A stretch of DNA of 64,000 nucleotides from Puniceicoccaceae bacterium (GCA_022448605.1 JAKVCM010000007.1:74253-138252); one strand, 5' to 3'; counted from the first letter of the stretch, positions 34,058-43,766 are shown. Made by a program: numbers and translations. The notes: a model not told the origin generated them from the sequence alone.

Positions 34058-34963
34058 CTAGACGCTAGCTTCAGCTTCTGGCGGCTCTGACTCCTTCTCT
34101 TTCGCGTCTGACTCCTCGTGGTCGAAGAGTTTGTCGATGAGCTGTTCTCGGCAAAAGGTTTGCAGACGTAGAATGAGGCCTTCTTGGCCGCCTTGAAGGA
34201 GGTGGATGAGAAGCATGAGGAGGATACTTATAAAGAGGGCGACCAAGGTAGAATTAAAAGCGACGCCGAGCGCACTCGTCACTCCAGAGATGTCACCTTG
34301 GAGGGCTTGGTCGGCACGTTGTAGCGCGACCCCAATGCCGCGGACGGTGCCGATGAAACCAATGGAGGGGATCGCCCAGACAAGGTAGCGTAGCATTGAG
34401 AGCTCACTCTCTTGCTGCTCGGAAGCGACTTCGAGTCGCCCCATAATGGTTTCGGTGGCTTCGGGCACGCTACCAGTAATATGGTAGCGTTCAAGCCCTC
34501 GAGCCATGACGTAAGGGAGAATTTTATTACGTAGATCGGGCAGTTCGCTCTTGTTGTCAATTTCAGTCGAAAGTTGGCCGGCTCGCTGGCGCGAGATACT
34601 AGGGCTTTCGCCGAGCAGTTCGACTTCTGGGTCTGCGTCGATACCTTCGCTCTCAGGAGCGAAGCGGCCAAGGGTCTTAGCCTCGTTTTTGAGCAGTACA
34701 AATTTGTAAATAAGGATCATGACTCCCCAGAGAAAGAGTGAGAGGCACATCTGCTGCTCATAATCTTTGAGAATGACAAAGAAACTAGAAAAGGACGAGC
34801 CGACATCGACGCCGAAGCTGTTAGCTAGGTCGGCTTTGTTTGCGCTCGGTCGGATGAGGATGCCATAGATCGCACCGACAAAGATGAAGGAAGCTATCAG
34901 ACCAAGGGTAAAAATGAGGCCTTTGACTGATAGGAGGCCGCGTTCAGGATTTCGTAGACTCAT
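34058..34963 (-). CDS. MotA/TolQ/ExbB proton channel family protein
   Basis: WAIPSIGFIGTVRGIG...GVAFNSTLVALFISI, the TM2/TM3 signature of the family. Confidence 0.9.
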   Translation of the reverse strand: MSLRNPERGLLSVKGLIFTLGLIASFIFVGAIYGILIRPSANKADLANSFGVDVGSSFSSFFVILKDYEQQMCLSLFLWGVMILIYKFVLLKNEAKTLGRFAPESEGIDADPEVELLGESPSISRQRAGQLSTEIDNKSELPDLRNKILPYVMARGLERYHITGSVPEATETIMGRLEVASEQQESELSMLRYLVWAIPSIGFIGTVRGIGVALQRADQALQGDISGVTSALGVAFNSTLVALFISILLMLLIHLLQGGQEGLILRLQTFCREQLIDKLFDHEESDAKEKESEPPEAEASV

Positions 34964-35046
34964 AATTTGCTCGTAAATTTAATTGGATGATAAAACACAT
35001 TATTCTGTGCTTTGCAATTTCTGCAAGGGCACTTATCTATGGTGTC

Positions 35047-35580
35047 ATGCATAAGCTTACTCTATCTATTTTACTCGTCAACACGCTCATTTTTTCAACA
35101 GCTTGCCAGAACAACCCTAATAGTGGGCGCGACATCGGCATCGTGGTCGGTTCTATCCTAGGAGGGGTCGCTGGGGCGCAAATAGGTGATAGCAGTATTT
35201 TCGCAGGCGCTGCCCTCGGCGGTACTCTGGGCGCTATAGGCGGTAGCGAGCTGCAAAGGCGCAAGGAGGCTCTCGAAGCAGCTGAGCTCCAGCGCCAATA
35301 CGAGTATGAGCAAGAAGTGCAGGCGCAGGAATCATTAGAAGCCGATATCAAAAATCTAGAAGAAAAACGCATTCGTGACGAGATCGCCCGTAAGGCGACC
35401 ACAGCGGATGTGAGCGCTGCCGAGCAAGAAGCCGCTCGGGTGGAGGCGCAACTCGCTGCCAAGAAAAAATCCTACGAAGAATCTCAAGCCCGCGCCCGCC
35501 GAATTCAAGATGCTCAAGAGCGAATTGCCAAAGCGCAGCAGGAACTCGCTGAATTGGAGCGCCAAGAAAACGGGGGTTAA
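35047..35580 (+). CDS. Glycine-zipper lipoprotein with coiled-coil C-terminus
   Basis: Lipobox-like FSTAC, GIVVGSILGGVAGAQIG...GAALGGTLGAIGG, then E/A/Q/R-rich heptads. Start trimmed to ATG 35047. Confidence 0.75.
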   Translation: MHKLTLSILLVNTLIFSTACQNNPNSGRDIGIVVGSILGGVAGAQIGDSSIFAGAALGGTLGAIGGSELQRRKEALEAAELQRQYEYEQEVQAQESLEADIKNLEEKRIRDEIARKATTADVSAAEQEAARVEAQLAAKKKSYEESQARARRIQDAQERIAKAQQELAELERQENGG

Positions 35581-35664
35581 CAAATCGGCTCTCTAGAGGC
35601 TTTACTTATGGAGCCCTTTCATTCGGGCAGCTCTACGCAGTGGTCGTCGCAAGTGACGCCCCGA

Positions 35665-37509
35665 CTACCAGTTGTAAGTCACGCCTGCAGAATATTGATC
35701 ACCACGCCCAGGTGTGCCAGGAACGTCCTGAAAGTCATCGTCCCATGCGTTATCGACTGCTAAGAATAGTTCCATGTTCTTGAGTTGTGGCAGGTAGATG
35801 CTGAGGCCGAAGTGTGTAAAAAGAGCAGAGTCGCTTGACTCACGTAGCGAGTTGTCTTCATTTTTGCGCCATTCGTTATCGATGCGGAATTGAAAGATTT
35901 CGCTAAGTGTCCAGATGGCGCCGAGAGTGAAACGATGCTTGGCGTAGTTGAGCGCGTAGAAGCTTGCGTCGATGGTGTCATTCCCGTAGTCTTCATCTTT
36001 ATCCAGAAAAGTGTAACTAGCGATAGCTTCGATGCTATCCCAGCGCTTGGAGGTGATCAGTTCGAGGCCAAAGGTCTCAATATCGACTGGATTAGCTTCG
36101 CGTGCGCTCGTTCCAGCGAATGTCCAATCGACAAGATTATCATCCCAGCGGTAAAAGACGGCAGCTTCAATGCTCCAGTCTTGGCGCATTACCTTAGTTC
36201 CTATTTCTACGTTTTGAGTTTTTTCTCGGCCCAAATCGTGATTACTGCGAAAGAGTCCCGTCGTCTCACTTCCGCCAATTGCTGTGTATCCCGCGACTTG
36301 GCTAGTTTCTGAGTAGGAAAGATAAACGCTTTCTGAATTTCCATTATAATGCTGCCGCCCCCAAGCAATATTACTAATTAATGAGAATTCCGAGTCGTTC
36401 CGATCCGTGTCGTCAAAGCTTCCTCCAATTTGCATAACTAGATGCTCGTTAGGCGCTAATTCGATCTTACATTCTGGCAGTAGACTTAACTTCGAATAAG
36501 TTCTAGACTCAAACCTGCCGCTTTCTAATGAGGTTGATTCAATTTCGTCAGCAGTAATCTGGCCAGAGTAACTTAAGCTGAAAGCTTCGCCTAGTGCATG
36601 TAAACCAGAGAACGCTAATGTGCTCACGTCAGTGGTGTGCTTTGCTTGGAATGCAGAAGGGTTCTCACGCGAGTATATGTAGTGATCCTTATGCTCTCTG
36701 TAGTAGGCTGTGATCTCAAAGTAGCTGCGCTCGTTATAATTTTGGGCGTGATTGAACAAGAGCAGACTAGTTTTTAAATTCTCAGTTTCGTTGACACCGT
36801 ATGGCGTATACATGTTTGGCCAGCCAAAGAACTTGGCCTGATATCCCGCGAAGAAATCGGTCTGCGAGTTCGGACCCACAAGCTGCAAACGGCCCGAGGT
36901 GCGGTCAAAGTTATGGTCGCCGAATTGGATTGTGCCATCGCTTTCGGACCGAGAGATTTCAGCTTCGACCCCCCAGCTCCATTCGCCGCTTTCTCCCAGT
37001 TGCCCAGTCAGCCCGTTATGGATGCGCTGGAAGTTTAGGTTGTGATCGCCACCTCCCGAGGTAAGGCTACCGCCATCGGCGATCTGACGCCAGCCGTAGC
37101 TAATGGTGCCAACCGTGCTGTTAAAACCGTAAAGTGCATTATCAGCACCTATAAGAATATCCGGGCGTGTGAGCATTTCCGGTGCGATCGGCAGTTCGGC
37201 CGAGTAGTGACCTGTTTGTGGATCAATCAAAGTTGCGCTACCGACACGAAAACCACTGTTTTCAAAGAGGCCACCTCGGATGGTGATATCACCCTGGGCC
37301 TCAGCCATATTTCGAGACTGCAGATCAACGCGCGGCTCGAACTCAAGGTTGGAAACTGGTGATTCGTAGGTGGTGACGGGTCGGACATTGGCCGTCTGCT
37401 GGACATCGACGTAGAGCGTCGGCAGGGTTTGGGTGCTCTCTGCTTGCGTAAGCAATGGCAGAGAGGCGAGTGCGAGAATAGTCAGTGGGTAGATCCTGCA
37501 TTTAATCAT
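35665..37509 (-). CDS. TonB-dependent outer membrane receptor
   Basis: Signal peptide, TonB-box-like PTLYV, plug QGDITIRGG...DPQTGH, ALYG, C-terminal DNAWD...PGR...GVTYNW. Confidence 0.85.
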   Translation of the reverse strand: MIKCRIYPLTILALASLPLLTQAESTQTLPTLYVDVQQTANVRPVTTYESPVSNLEFEPRVDLQSRNMAEAQGDITIRGGLFENSGFRVGSATLIDPQTGHYSAELPIAPEMLTRPDILIGADNALYGFNSTVGTISYGWRQIADGGSLTSGGGDHNLNFQRIHNGLTGQLGESGEWSWGVEAEISRSESDGTIQFGDHNFDRTSGRLQLVGPNSQTDFFAGYQAKFFGWPNMYTPYGVNETENLKTSLLLFNHAQNYNERSYFEITAYYREHKDHYIYSRENPSAFQAKHTTDVSTLAFSGLHALGEAFSLSYSGQITADEIESTSLESGRFESRTYSKLSLLPECKIELAPNEHLVMQIGGSFDDTDRNDSEFSLISNIAWGRQHYNGNSESVYLSYSETSQVAGYTAIGGSETTGLFRSNHDLGREKTQNVEIGTKVMRQDWSIEAAVFYRWDDNLVDWTFAGTSAREANPVDIETFGLELITSKRWDSIEAIASYTFLDKDEDYGNDTIDASFYALNYAKHRFTLGAIWTLSEIFQFRIDNEWRKNEDNSLRESSDSALFTHFGLSIYLPQLKNMELFLAVDNAWDDDFQDVPGTPGRGDQYSAGVTYNW

Positions 37510-37691
37510 CCCCAATGGTAAAAAGAATACTCTCCAATGAATCAAATAGTAATATAAAAAAATAAATACTTAACAATTAAAGTATTTTTGGGCAATGGAT
37601 TGGATTTAGGGCGCATGCTTAACTGTCAACTCGAGCTTAAGTTGGCGCTTGCGTGAATCCCTCTTATGCACAATTTTTCTTGAAAAATACT

Positions 37692-37955
37692 ATGCCACTT
37701 TTGGATATCGGTTTCGCAATTCTTATCATCAAGATGCTTATCTGCACCTTGCCAGCGGTGCTTGGCATTCTCATGATTGTGAGTTCAGAAGAGAGTAAGC
37801 GTGAATTTCGTAATAAATTTTGCAGTAAGGTTTTCGGTATGAGTAACGCGATACCATATCTCAAATTTACGCGTACAATGTATGTCATTAGCACATTGTT
37901 GCTGGCCTTTAGTCTGGTGAGCACTTGGTTCCTGCTCTTACGCCCAATGTTCTAG
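37692..37955 (+). CDS. Small hypothetical membrane protein
   Basis: Two hydrophobic segments flanking a charged loop. Confidence 0.55.
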   Translation: MPLLDIGFAILIIKMLICTLPAVLGILMIVSSEESKREFRNKFCSKVFGMSNAIPYLKFTRTMYVISTLLLAFSLVSTWFLLLRPMF

Positions 37956-38084
37956 GTTGAATAATCATACTGAAAAGTTCTCACTGCCGTTCCAGCTCTG
38001 CTAATTTTCTAATAGGGGCCACTTCGATACTTCTCTCGCCCGCGGCTTTTTTGTAACGGATCAGCGGGGTAATTTAGGCTTTAG

Positions 38085-38693
38085 TTAGTTATCCTGCTCT
38101 GCCACAGCCTGAAGATAGATTTCGCGGCTGATCCATGCATCGGTCGCCGCATAGCGAACTTGCTTGTCGTCAAGTTCTGGGCGTGCCCAGTTCGAGACTT
38201 GAGCTGCTTTACTTATGCGCCCTTGCAGCAGAAGTCCTGCAAGCGCTCGAAGACCTCGATTTCCGTAGCCAAGTTTCACTGTGATGTCAGCGATTTCGAC
38301 GAAGCCGCTCGGGGTGAAGTCTTTCATCGCTCGGAGTTCTTTGACGTCGTCTTTAATCGCGACACCCGTTTTTAAAATACCGGACGACTCTAGGATCGGG
38401 AGGAGCGGATCAAAGGTCTCAGTTTTACTGATGCGGAAAAGGTAGACGCAGTGCTCCGTAGCTAGCTGGATGAGCGCGGGCGGGTAGTAATCGCCTTTCT
38501 TAAAGCTTGGTCGAGTCTCGGTGTCAAAACCGAGGTGGCTTTCGTTTGCCAGAACTGCGGCAGCGGCTTCCATCTCCTCAAAGGATTCCAATATCTTGAT
38601 TTCTCCCTCCCATGCGATAAGCGGCAGTTCGTTAATCTCAGCTTTGCTAATTTTGCGTTTTTCTGCGCTTAGCTTATCGGTAGTTTCGGTCAT
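38085..38693 (-). CDS. 3'-5' exonuclease (DEDDy, RNase D/WRN-like)
   Basis: LGFDTETRP, LIQLA, SNW, QVRYAATDA. Confidence 0.9.
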   Translation of the reverse strand: MTETTDKLSAEKRKISKAEINELPLIAWEGEIKILESFEEMEAAAAVLANESHLGFDTETRPSFKKGDYYPPALIQLATEHCVYLFRISKTETFDPLLPILESSGILKTGVAIKDDVKELRAMKDFTPSGFVEIADITVKLGYGNRGLRALAGLLLQGRISKAAQVSNWARPELDDKQVRYAATDAWISREIYLQAVAEQDN

Positions 38694-38710
38694 GAGAGCG
38701 TGTTATTTTT

Positions 38711-39685
38711 TTAGACCTCGATCACCAAGCCATCGAAGGCTACTTCTATATGCTCTGGAAAAATTCTGGCGGGTTCACACTGGGATAATTTTTGATTATA
38801 TTCCTCGCAGTAGCGAAGAGCACCCTGGTGGATTTCTTCGATCTTGGAGTCTGAATAGCCTGGTTCGTGGTGGGAAACAATGAGCTGACGGACTTTAGCG
38901 CGTGCTGCCAGCTCGACCGCTGTTATGTGATCAGAGTGTCCCCAATTAAGCTTTTCTTCACTTGCTTCCTCGAAGGTGTATTGCCCGTCGAAGATAAGTA
39001 TGTCTGCTTTATGTAGAAAATTGACAAACGGGTAGCCTTCTTCTCGAGCTTCAATACCATGTTCGGAATCGGAGGAAAAGATGATACGCTTTTCGCCCTG
39101 CTCGAAGGAGTATCCCCAAGAATCGCCAGGGTGCTGCTGTTTGATGGTGGCTACATGGACATCGCCAACGGCGAAGTGCGCGCCGTCTTCTTGTATGTCG
39201 AATTCAATTTCTGCTTGCATCGCTTCATAGGGGACAGGAAAACAGGGTGCGCCCATTTGCGCGCGTATGGCGGATTCTGTAGTCTGATGAAATCCGTGAA
39301 AGATAATTCGGTTTCCCGACTGATAAGCGGGCGCAAAAAAAGGAAATCCTTGAATGTGATCCCAGTGTAAGTGAGATATGAAGATATGGTAGGTAGCGGG
39401 CGGCGCATTTTTGCCTAGGCTAAGAGAAAAATCGCGTAGCCCCGTTCCGGCATCGCAAATGATATACTCTTTAGTGCCTGCTTCAATCTGTATGCAAGTA
39501 GTGTTTGCTTTATAGGTTCCGTGAGCGCTGTGGGGGAGTGTTTCAAGGTAGGCGTCAACCGCTTCAATGCTTGCAAACTCCAGCTCGCGGCTCGCCCAGA
39601 TCGCATCCTTGACTTTCTGGCGAATCGTTGCCGAAGAGGTCGGTGAGGGGAGTGAGCCACAAGAGCCCCAGATAATTGCCTTCAT
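38711..39685 (-). CDS. MBL-fold metallo-hydrolase (phosphodiesterase/RNase Z-like)
   Basis: WGSCGSLP, DAGTG, SHLHWDHIQG, HPG, DGQY, WGHS, HHEP. Confidence 0.88.
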   Translation of the reverse strand: MKAIIWGSCGSLPSPTSSATIRQKVKDAIWASRELEFASIEAVDAYLETLPHSAHGTYKANTTCIQIEAGTKEYIICDAGTGLRDFSLSLGKNAPPATYHIFISHLHWDHIQGFPFFAPAYQSGNRIIFHGFHQTTESAIRAQMGAPCFPVPYEAMQAEIEFDIQEDGAHFAVGDVHVATIKQQHPGDSWGYSFEQGEKRIIFSSDSEHGIEAREEGYPFVNFLHKADILIFDGQYTFEEASEEKLNWGHSDHITAVELAARAKVRQLIVSHHEPGYSDSKIEEIHQGALRYCEEYNQKLSQCEPARIFPEHIEVAFDGLVIEV

Positions 39686-39991
39686 GCTTGTAGGTAAAAG
39701 CTTCTAGGTTTATACAGCAAGAACGGCTGGTTAGAAAAGCTCGAGAAGCATTCTTCTGATCTTAATTGCTCGCTGCTGATAGATTGAATAAGGTATACGA
39801 TAAACAGCAGGATACGGTCATGGCGAGTTTGAAAAATGGTGAGGGGATCGTTATAATCTTATTTTAGGACTTCTCACTGTCGCTGTTGGCAAGGATTTTT
39901 CTAGTAGAAGCGATTCGGGTCGAGGGTATTAAAAGATTTTGTTAATGCTGCGTGTGGGTGACTTATATGTAATTTAACTCTCGTATACCAA

Positions 39992-40651
39992 TCAAAAAAA
40001 CATCATCTGGTCATCAGTGAGGGGAGTGGTCGCTTCGATTAGGCGACTGTCTTCATTTTGGACACTATTGACACGGCGGGAAACGGTATGTTTCTCTAGA
40101 ATCACTTTGCTAGCTAGCGATTGAACGTCTCTTGTGTTGAGTGTGCCGTCCAGCCAAGAAACTTGGCTTTTCTGCTTTATGATCACGGGCATACGTTCGT
40201 GAATGCTACGGATTGAAGTGTTAGCTTTAGTAGTTAGAATGACAAAAGAGGGTGGCGATTCGTAGCCGGTCGACGGAAACCAGAGCCCAGCGAAGTAGTG
40301 CAAAGTATCTTGCGGTGGATAGATGTAGTAGGGCTGCTTAGTGATGCCATCTTGATACCACTCGTAAAATCCGTTGGCGGGAAGCAGGCAACGATATGCA
40401 TGCCAGCTTTCGCGAAAGCGAGGCGCTGTATCTGCAATTTCGATACGCGCATTGATATGGAAATTTTGGGGTGTACGGAGTCCCCAGTGCATCATCGTTG
40501 ATGCGACTTGCAGCTTTTCGCGAGTAGCGATACTTAAGGTTTCGCGACCCGGGCCAATATTGTAGTTTGGCTTGTAGTCTCCGGGCAGCGCGAGTGCGAT
40601 GGCATCGGCCAGCGCCTTTTTATTGGCATGTAATGTATAGCGACCACACAT
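39992..40651 (-). CDS. SRAP (YedK/HMCES-like) abasic-site processing protein
   Basis: N-terminal MCGRY, NAR, GFYEW, HERMPVI. Confidence 0.92.
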   Translation of the reverse strand: MCGRYTLHANKKALADAIALALPGDYKPNYNIGPGRETLSIATREKLQVASTMMHWGLRTPQNFHINARIEIADTAPRFRESWHAYRCLLPANGFYEWYQDGITKQPYYIYPPQDTLHYFAGLWFPSTGYESPPSFVILTTKANTSIRSIHERMPVIIKQKSQVSWLDGTLNTRDVQSLASKVILEKHTVSRRVNSVQNEDSRLIEATTPLTDDQMMFF

Positions 40652-40760
40652 TTTGGAGAAAATAATGTTTAGATGAATAAAGGCTTAATCTGACTAGTCA
40701 TTTTTTTGTTACAGTCTTATGGATTAGGATTAAGGAAGGTGCTAGTTTATAGTCTATGAG

Positions 40761-41738
40761 TTATCTAACAAGCGACCAAATTCTCAATGAACTTAAAAAG
40801 AAGAGCTCTAGGGCCGCTGCCTGGTTGAAGTTGATCTCCATAAGTCCTGCCGAGCGTTCTAGTGCTTCAGTCGCTCGGTAGAGGGCACTAGTGGGGAGTT
40901 CGCCTTTGTTGAGTGCCTCGACCTCTCGGGCATATCCAGCTGTAGCCTTCTCGATCTCGCCGAGCAGTTGTTTGCGATAGCCTTTGCTTAGGCCGACTTC
41001 CATCGCGTCCTTCTCATCTGCGGTCACGTGGTCGGGAAGGGATTCCTTCTGTATCTTCCAAGCTTCAGATGTCATCGCTTTAAGGATGATTTGAAAGCGA
41101 GCATTTAGACCATAGGCGCCTATCACAATGTGAGGGATTGTTTTTTTATTGGGGCCTTCTAGGAGGCAACCTAGCCATTCGCGGTAGGCCACGACCCATA
41201 ATACCCAATCTGGATGCTGAATGGTTTCGATAGTAGCAGGGATACGAAAATTGAGGCAACGGCTTCGTATAGTGTCGAGCAGGTCGTAGGGGCGCGTCGT
41301 CAATAGAAAAAGAGTCGTGCCCGCAGGAGGTTCTTCTAGGGTTTTTAGGAAGGCGTTGGCCGAGGCGGCGTTCATTCGGTCGGCTTCGATTATGATGCCG
41401 ACTTTGCGTCCACCTTGATTGGAGCTTTTTGCAATATCGATGACCAGCTTGCGCATGGTATTACTGTCTTCGGTTTTACCTACCTTGATCAGACGCGCCT
41501 TGCCGCTGGGTCGTAAGGTGAAGCAGTCGACGTGTTCAAATGGATCGCGTTCGGTGTCGAGTAGATGCGCCGCTATTGCACGTACAATTATTTCTAGGCT
41601 ATCTAAGCTATCGCCGTGAAGGAGTATGCCGTGCCCGAGCCGATTCTGTGTGAGCGAGCGTTCGAGTACATCGACGGCGCGTGTCCCACGCAGTAATTCG
41701 GGGAGTGATTCAGTGGGTGTTATGGATCTTTCGCTCAT
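40761..41738 (-). CDS. holB: DNA polymerase III delta-prime subunit (divergent)
   Basis: ADRMNAASANAFLKTLEEPP, LLDTIRSRC. Start trimmed to MSERSITP (41738) to avoid overlap with nth. Confidence 0.82.
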   Translation of the reverse strand: MSERSITPTESLPELLRGTRAVDVLERSLTQNRLGHGILLHGDSLDSLEIIVRAIAAHLLDTERDPFEHVDCFTLRPSGKARLIKVGKTEDSNTMRKLVIDIAKSSNQGGRKVGIIIEADRMNAASANAFLKTLEEPPAGTTLFLLTTRPYDLLDTIRSRCLNFRIPATIETIQHPDWVLWVVAYREWLGCLLEGPNKKTIPHIVIGAYGLNARFQIILKAMTSEAWKIQKESLPDHVTADEKDAMEVGLSKGYRKQLLGEIEKATAGYAREVEALNKGELPTSALYRATEALERSAGLMEINFNQAAALELFFLSSLRIWSLVR

Positions 41739-41804
41739 CAGTGATTTACATTTCTGGGCAAAGTTTACACCTTGGGCAAGTAGCAACCACATCCTCTTTG
41801 TCTC

Positions 41805-42458
41805 ATGCTTCGAAAAGAACGCGCCGCTTACATCCAAAATCGCCTTCAGCAGCTCTACCCTGAGACGCAGATTCCATTGGATCATAAAGACCCTTACACG
41901 CTTCTCATAGCGGTCCTGCTTTCGGCTCAGTGCACGGATGTAAGGGTCAATCAAATCACACCTTTGCTCTTCGCACGAGCGGATACGCCCCAGGACATGC
42001 TGAAGCTTTCGGTCGAAGAAATTAAAGAAATTATCCGCCCGTGCGGGCTCTCCCCGATGAAATCTAAGGGTATCGCAGGACTTTCGCAAATCCTACTTGA
42101 TGAGCACGGGGGTCAAGTACCTGCTGATATCAAGGCGCTGGAAGCACTCCCAGCGGTCGGTCACAAAACGGCTTCGGTCGTGATGGCTCAGGCCTTTGGC
42201 GTGCCATCCTTTCCCGTTGATACACACATCCATCGCCTAGCTCAGCGTTGGGGGCTGACGAGTGGCAAAAACGTCGCCCAAACTGAGCGTGATTTAAAAC
42301 GGATTTTTCCTGAATCGAGATGGAATGATCTACATCTTCAGATCATTTTCTATGGTCGTGAATATTGCACTGCGCATGGTTGCGACGGTAGGGTTTGCCA
42401 GATTTGCCGCTCGGTTTATCCAGATCGAAAACACGCAAAGAAGACCCGGAAGGCTTGA
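41805..42458 (+). CDS. nth: Endonuclease III
   Basis: LIAVLLSAQCTD, HhH LPAVGHKTA, PVDTHIHR. Confidence 0.95.
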   Translation: MLRKERAAYIQNRLQQLYPETQIPLDHKDPYTLLIAVLLSAQCTDVRVNQITPLLFARADTPQDMLKLSVEEIKEIIRPCGLSPMKSKGIAGLSQILLDEHGGQVPADIKALEALPAVGHKTASVVMAQAFGVPSFPVDTHIHRLAQRWGLTSGKNVAQTERDLKRIFPESRWNDLHLQIIFYGREYCTAHGCDGRVCQICRSVYPDRKHAKKTRKA

Positions 42459-42461
42459 GCT

Positions 42462-42842
42462 TTATTCGCCAAAGACCGATTCGCTACTTCCTGAGTCTAA
42501 GGCTTTTGTTCTGAATCTAGTGGGTTTGGTGAAAGTTTCTATTTTGGCCATAGGATCCAATTCGAAGGCTGAGTCTGCTGAAGTTTTGGGCTGAATGGTT
42601 TCCATGAAGTCGATCTCAAGTTCGCTGCGTTCGATTTCTACAGCCGTCGCGGCCTTTTTCTTGACTTGAGCGAGGGCTTCCGCAGGAATTGCAATACGAC
42701 CTATGGTAGGGGTTACCTTTGCAGATTCGATGATATCAAAAACGAAATAGCTACCTTGCTCATAGGAATGAACAGAGCTGAGGCTGGCCATAAGAATTAC
42801 GATCACAGCAATCAGATTACGGCATCTGCTCCAAGCATACAT
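42462..42842 (-). CDS. Hypothetical exported protein
   Basis: Signal-like N-terminus. Fills the gap between nth and the lipoate ligase gene. Confidence 0.45.
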   Translation of the reverse strand: MYAWSRCRNLIAVIVILMASLSSVHSYEQGSYFVFDIIESAKVTPTIGRIAIPAEALAQVKKKAATAVEIERSELEIDFMETIQPKTSADSAFELDPMAKIETFTKPTRFRTKALDSGSSESVFGE

Positions 42843-43022
42843 GCTTTTATAGTGAGCGGCCTTGTTGTTTTGTCGAGTTTCATTTAAGCCCTAATCTACT
42901 TTGAATTTAGAAAAGCTAAGCGTTACAGAAGCTTTTGGCCACATCGCGAATATTAATTTATAGCGACCTTGAATCACAGTATCAGGTTCATTTTTTTTAA
43001 AAATCAAAGTTATGAAGCGCGG

Positions 43023-43766
43023 TCACCGGCGACGGTTCCATGCGTCGCCAGCGAAGCGTTGTTTTTCAAGCTCAATCCGTTCGCTTTTAAAGAGAGGGCG
43101 GATGTCTTCAAGCTCGCTAAGCTTAAGATTCAAGATACTGGCTAGGTGATCGACTAGGTGGTATTGAAAGCTAACGAAGTTTAAAGTTCCGGGAAGGCTG
43201 CTGCGGTCAAGTGAGCCTTGGATCAGAAGGCCTTGGCGAGACCTTTTCATAGCAGCTCCAGCGATTTTTTGGCCATCAGGGCGAAGCACGTCGTTGGCTG
43301 CGGGGCTGATAAAGCAGCGGGTTGGTATCTCACTGGCGACGGGGGTCTCTTTGCAGTGTCGTGGACAGGGGGCGAGGCGACTGTCGATGCCGATCTTATC
43401 GAGCGACAAGCTGATTGCGTGATGAATTTGCGCGTAGAGATCGGTCGCTGGAGTCGAAGCGGCAGAAACGGAGCTGTTTAGAATGAGTGCGTATGTCCAG
43501 TCGTTGCGGTGGTCGACGATGCCGCCGCCAGTCATGCGGCGAGTAAGGGTGGTTCTGGCCTGTGACGGCTCGATAGGTGCATGGCCTGAGGCAAGCTCAG
43601 TTAATACTCTGTGGTATTGTTGTGTGTAGCCAAACGTGGCGGCTGGTTCTTGCCAGCCATAGTGGCGAAAGGCGGCTAGGCCAACGGGCATGTGTGCAAG
43701 CAACGCGGCGTCTATCGCCATGTTGGTTGCGGCGTCACCGAAGGCATTAGGCAGGGCGATAAGCAT
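43023..43766 (-). CDS. Lipoate-protein ligase A / LipM family protein
   Basis: NMAIDAALL, RRMTGGGIVDH, KIAGAA, QGS. Confidence 0.85.
   Translation of the reverse strand: MLIALPNAFGDAATNMAIDAALLAHMPVGLAAFRHYGWQEPAATFGYTQQYHRVLTELASGHAPIEPSQARTTLTRRMTGGGIVDHRNDWTYALILNSSVSAASTPATDLYAQIHHAISLSLDKIGIDSRLAPCPRHCKETPVASEIPTRCFISPAANDVLRPDGQKIAGAAMKRSRQGLLIQGSLDRSSLPGTLNFVSFQYHLVDHLASILNLKLSELEDIRPLFKSERIELEKQRFAGDAWNRRR

Noticed and set aside
31939-34963. Zorya, Tol-Pal, flagellar stator or classical ExbBD-TonB assignment
   Set aside because: No OmpA-like domain, no long ZorA tail, and no zorC/D/E, tolA/B, pal, tonB or flagellar genes. The partners carry vWA domains.
37510-37690. Cobalamin riboswitch or Fur box upstream of the TBDR
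   Set aside because: AT-rich, with no B12-box and no convincing Fur palindrome.
41739-42089. 117-aa N-terminal extension of holB in the ORF track
   Set aside because: Mostly antisense to nth. The true start is most likely ATG 41738.
38085-42458. Exonuclease, MBL hydrolase, SRAP, holB and nth as a dedicated repair or defence module
   Set aside because: Mixed orientation and gaps. All are common standalone genes, so the clustering may be chance.
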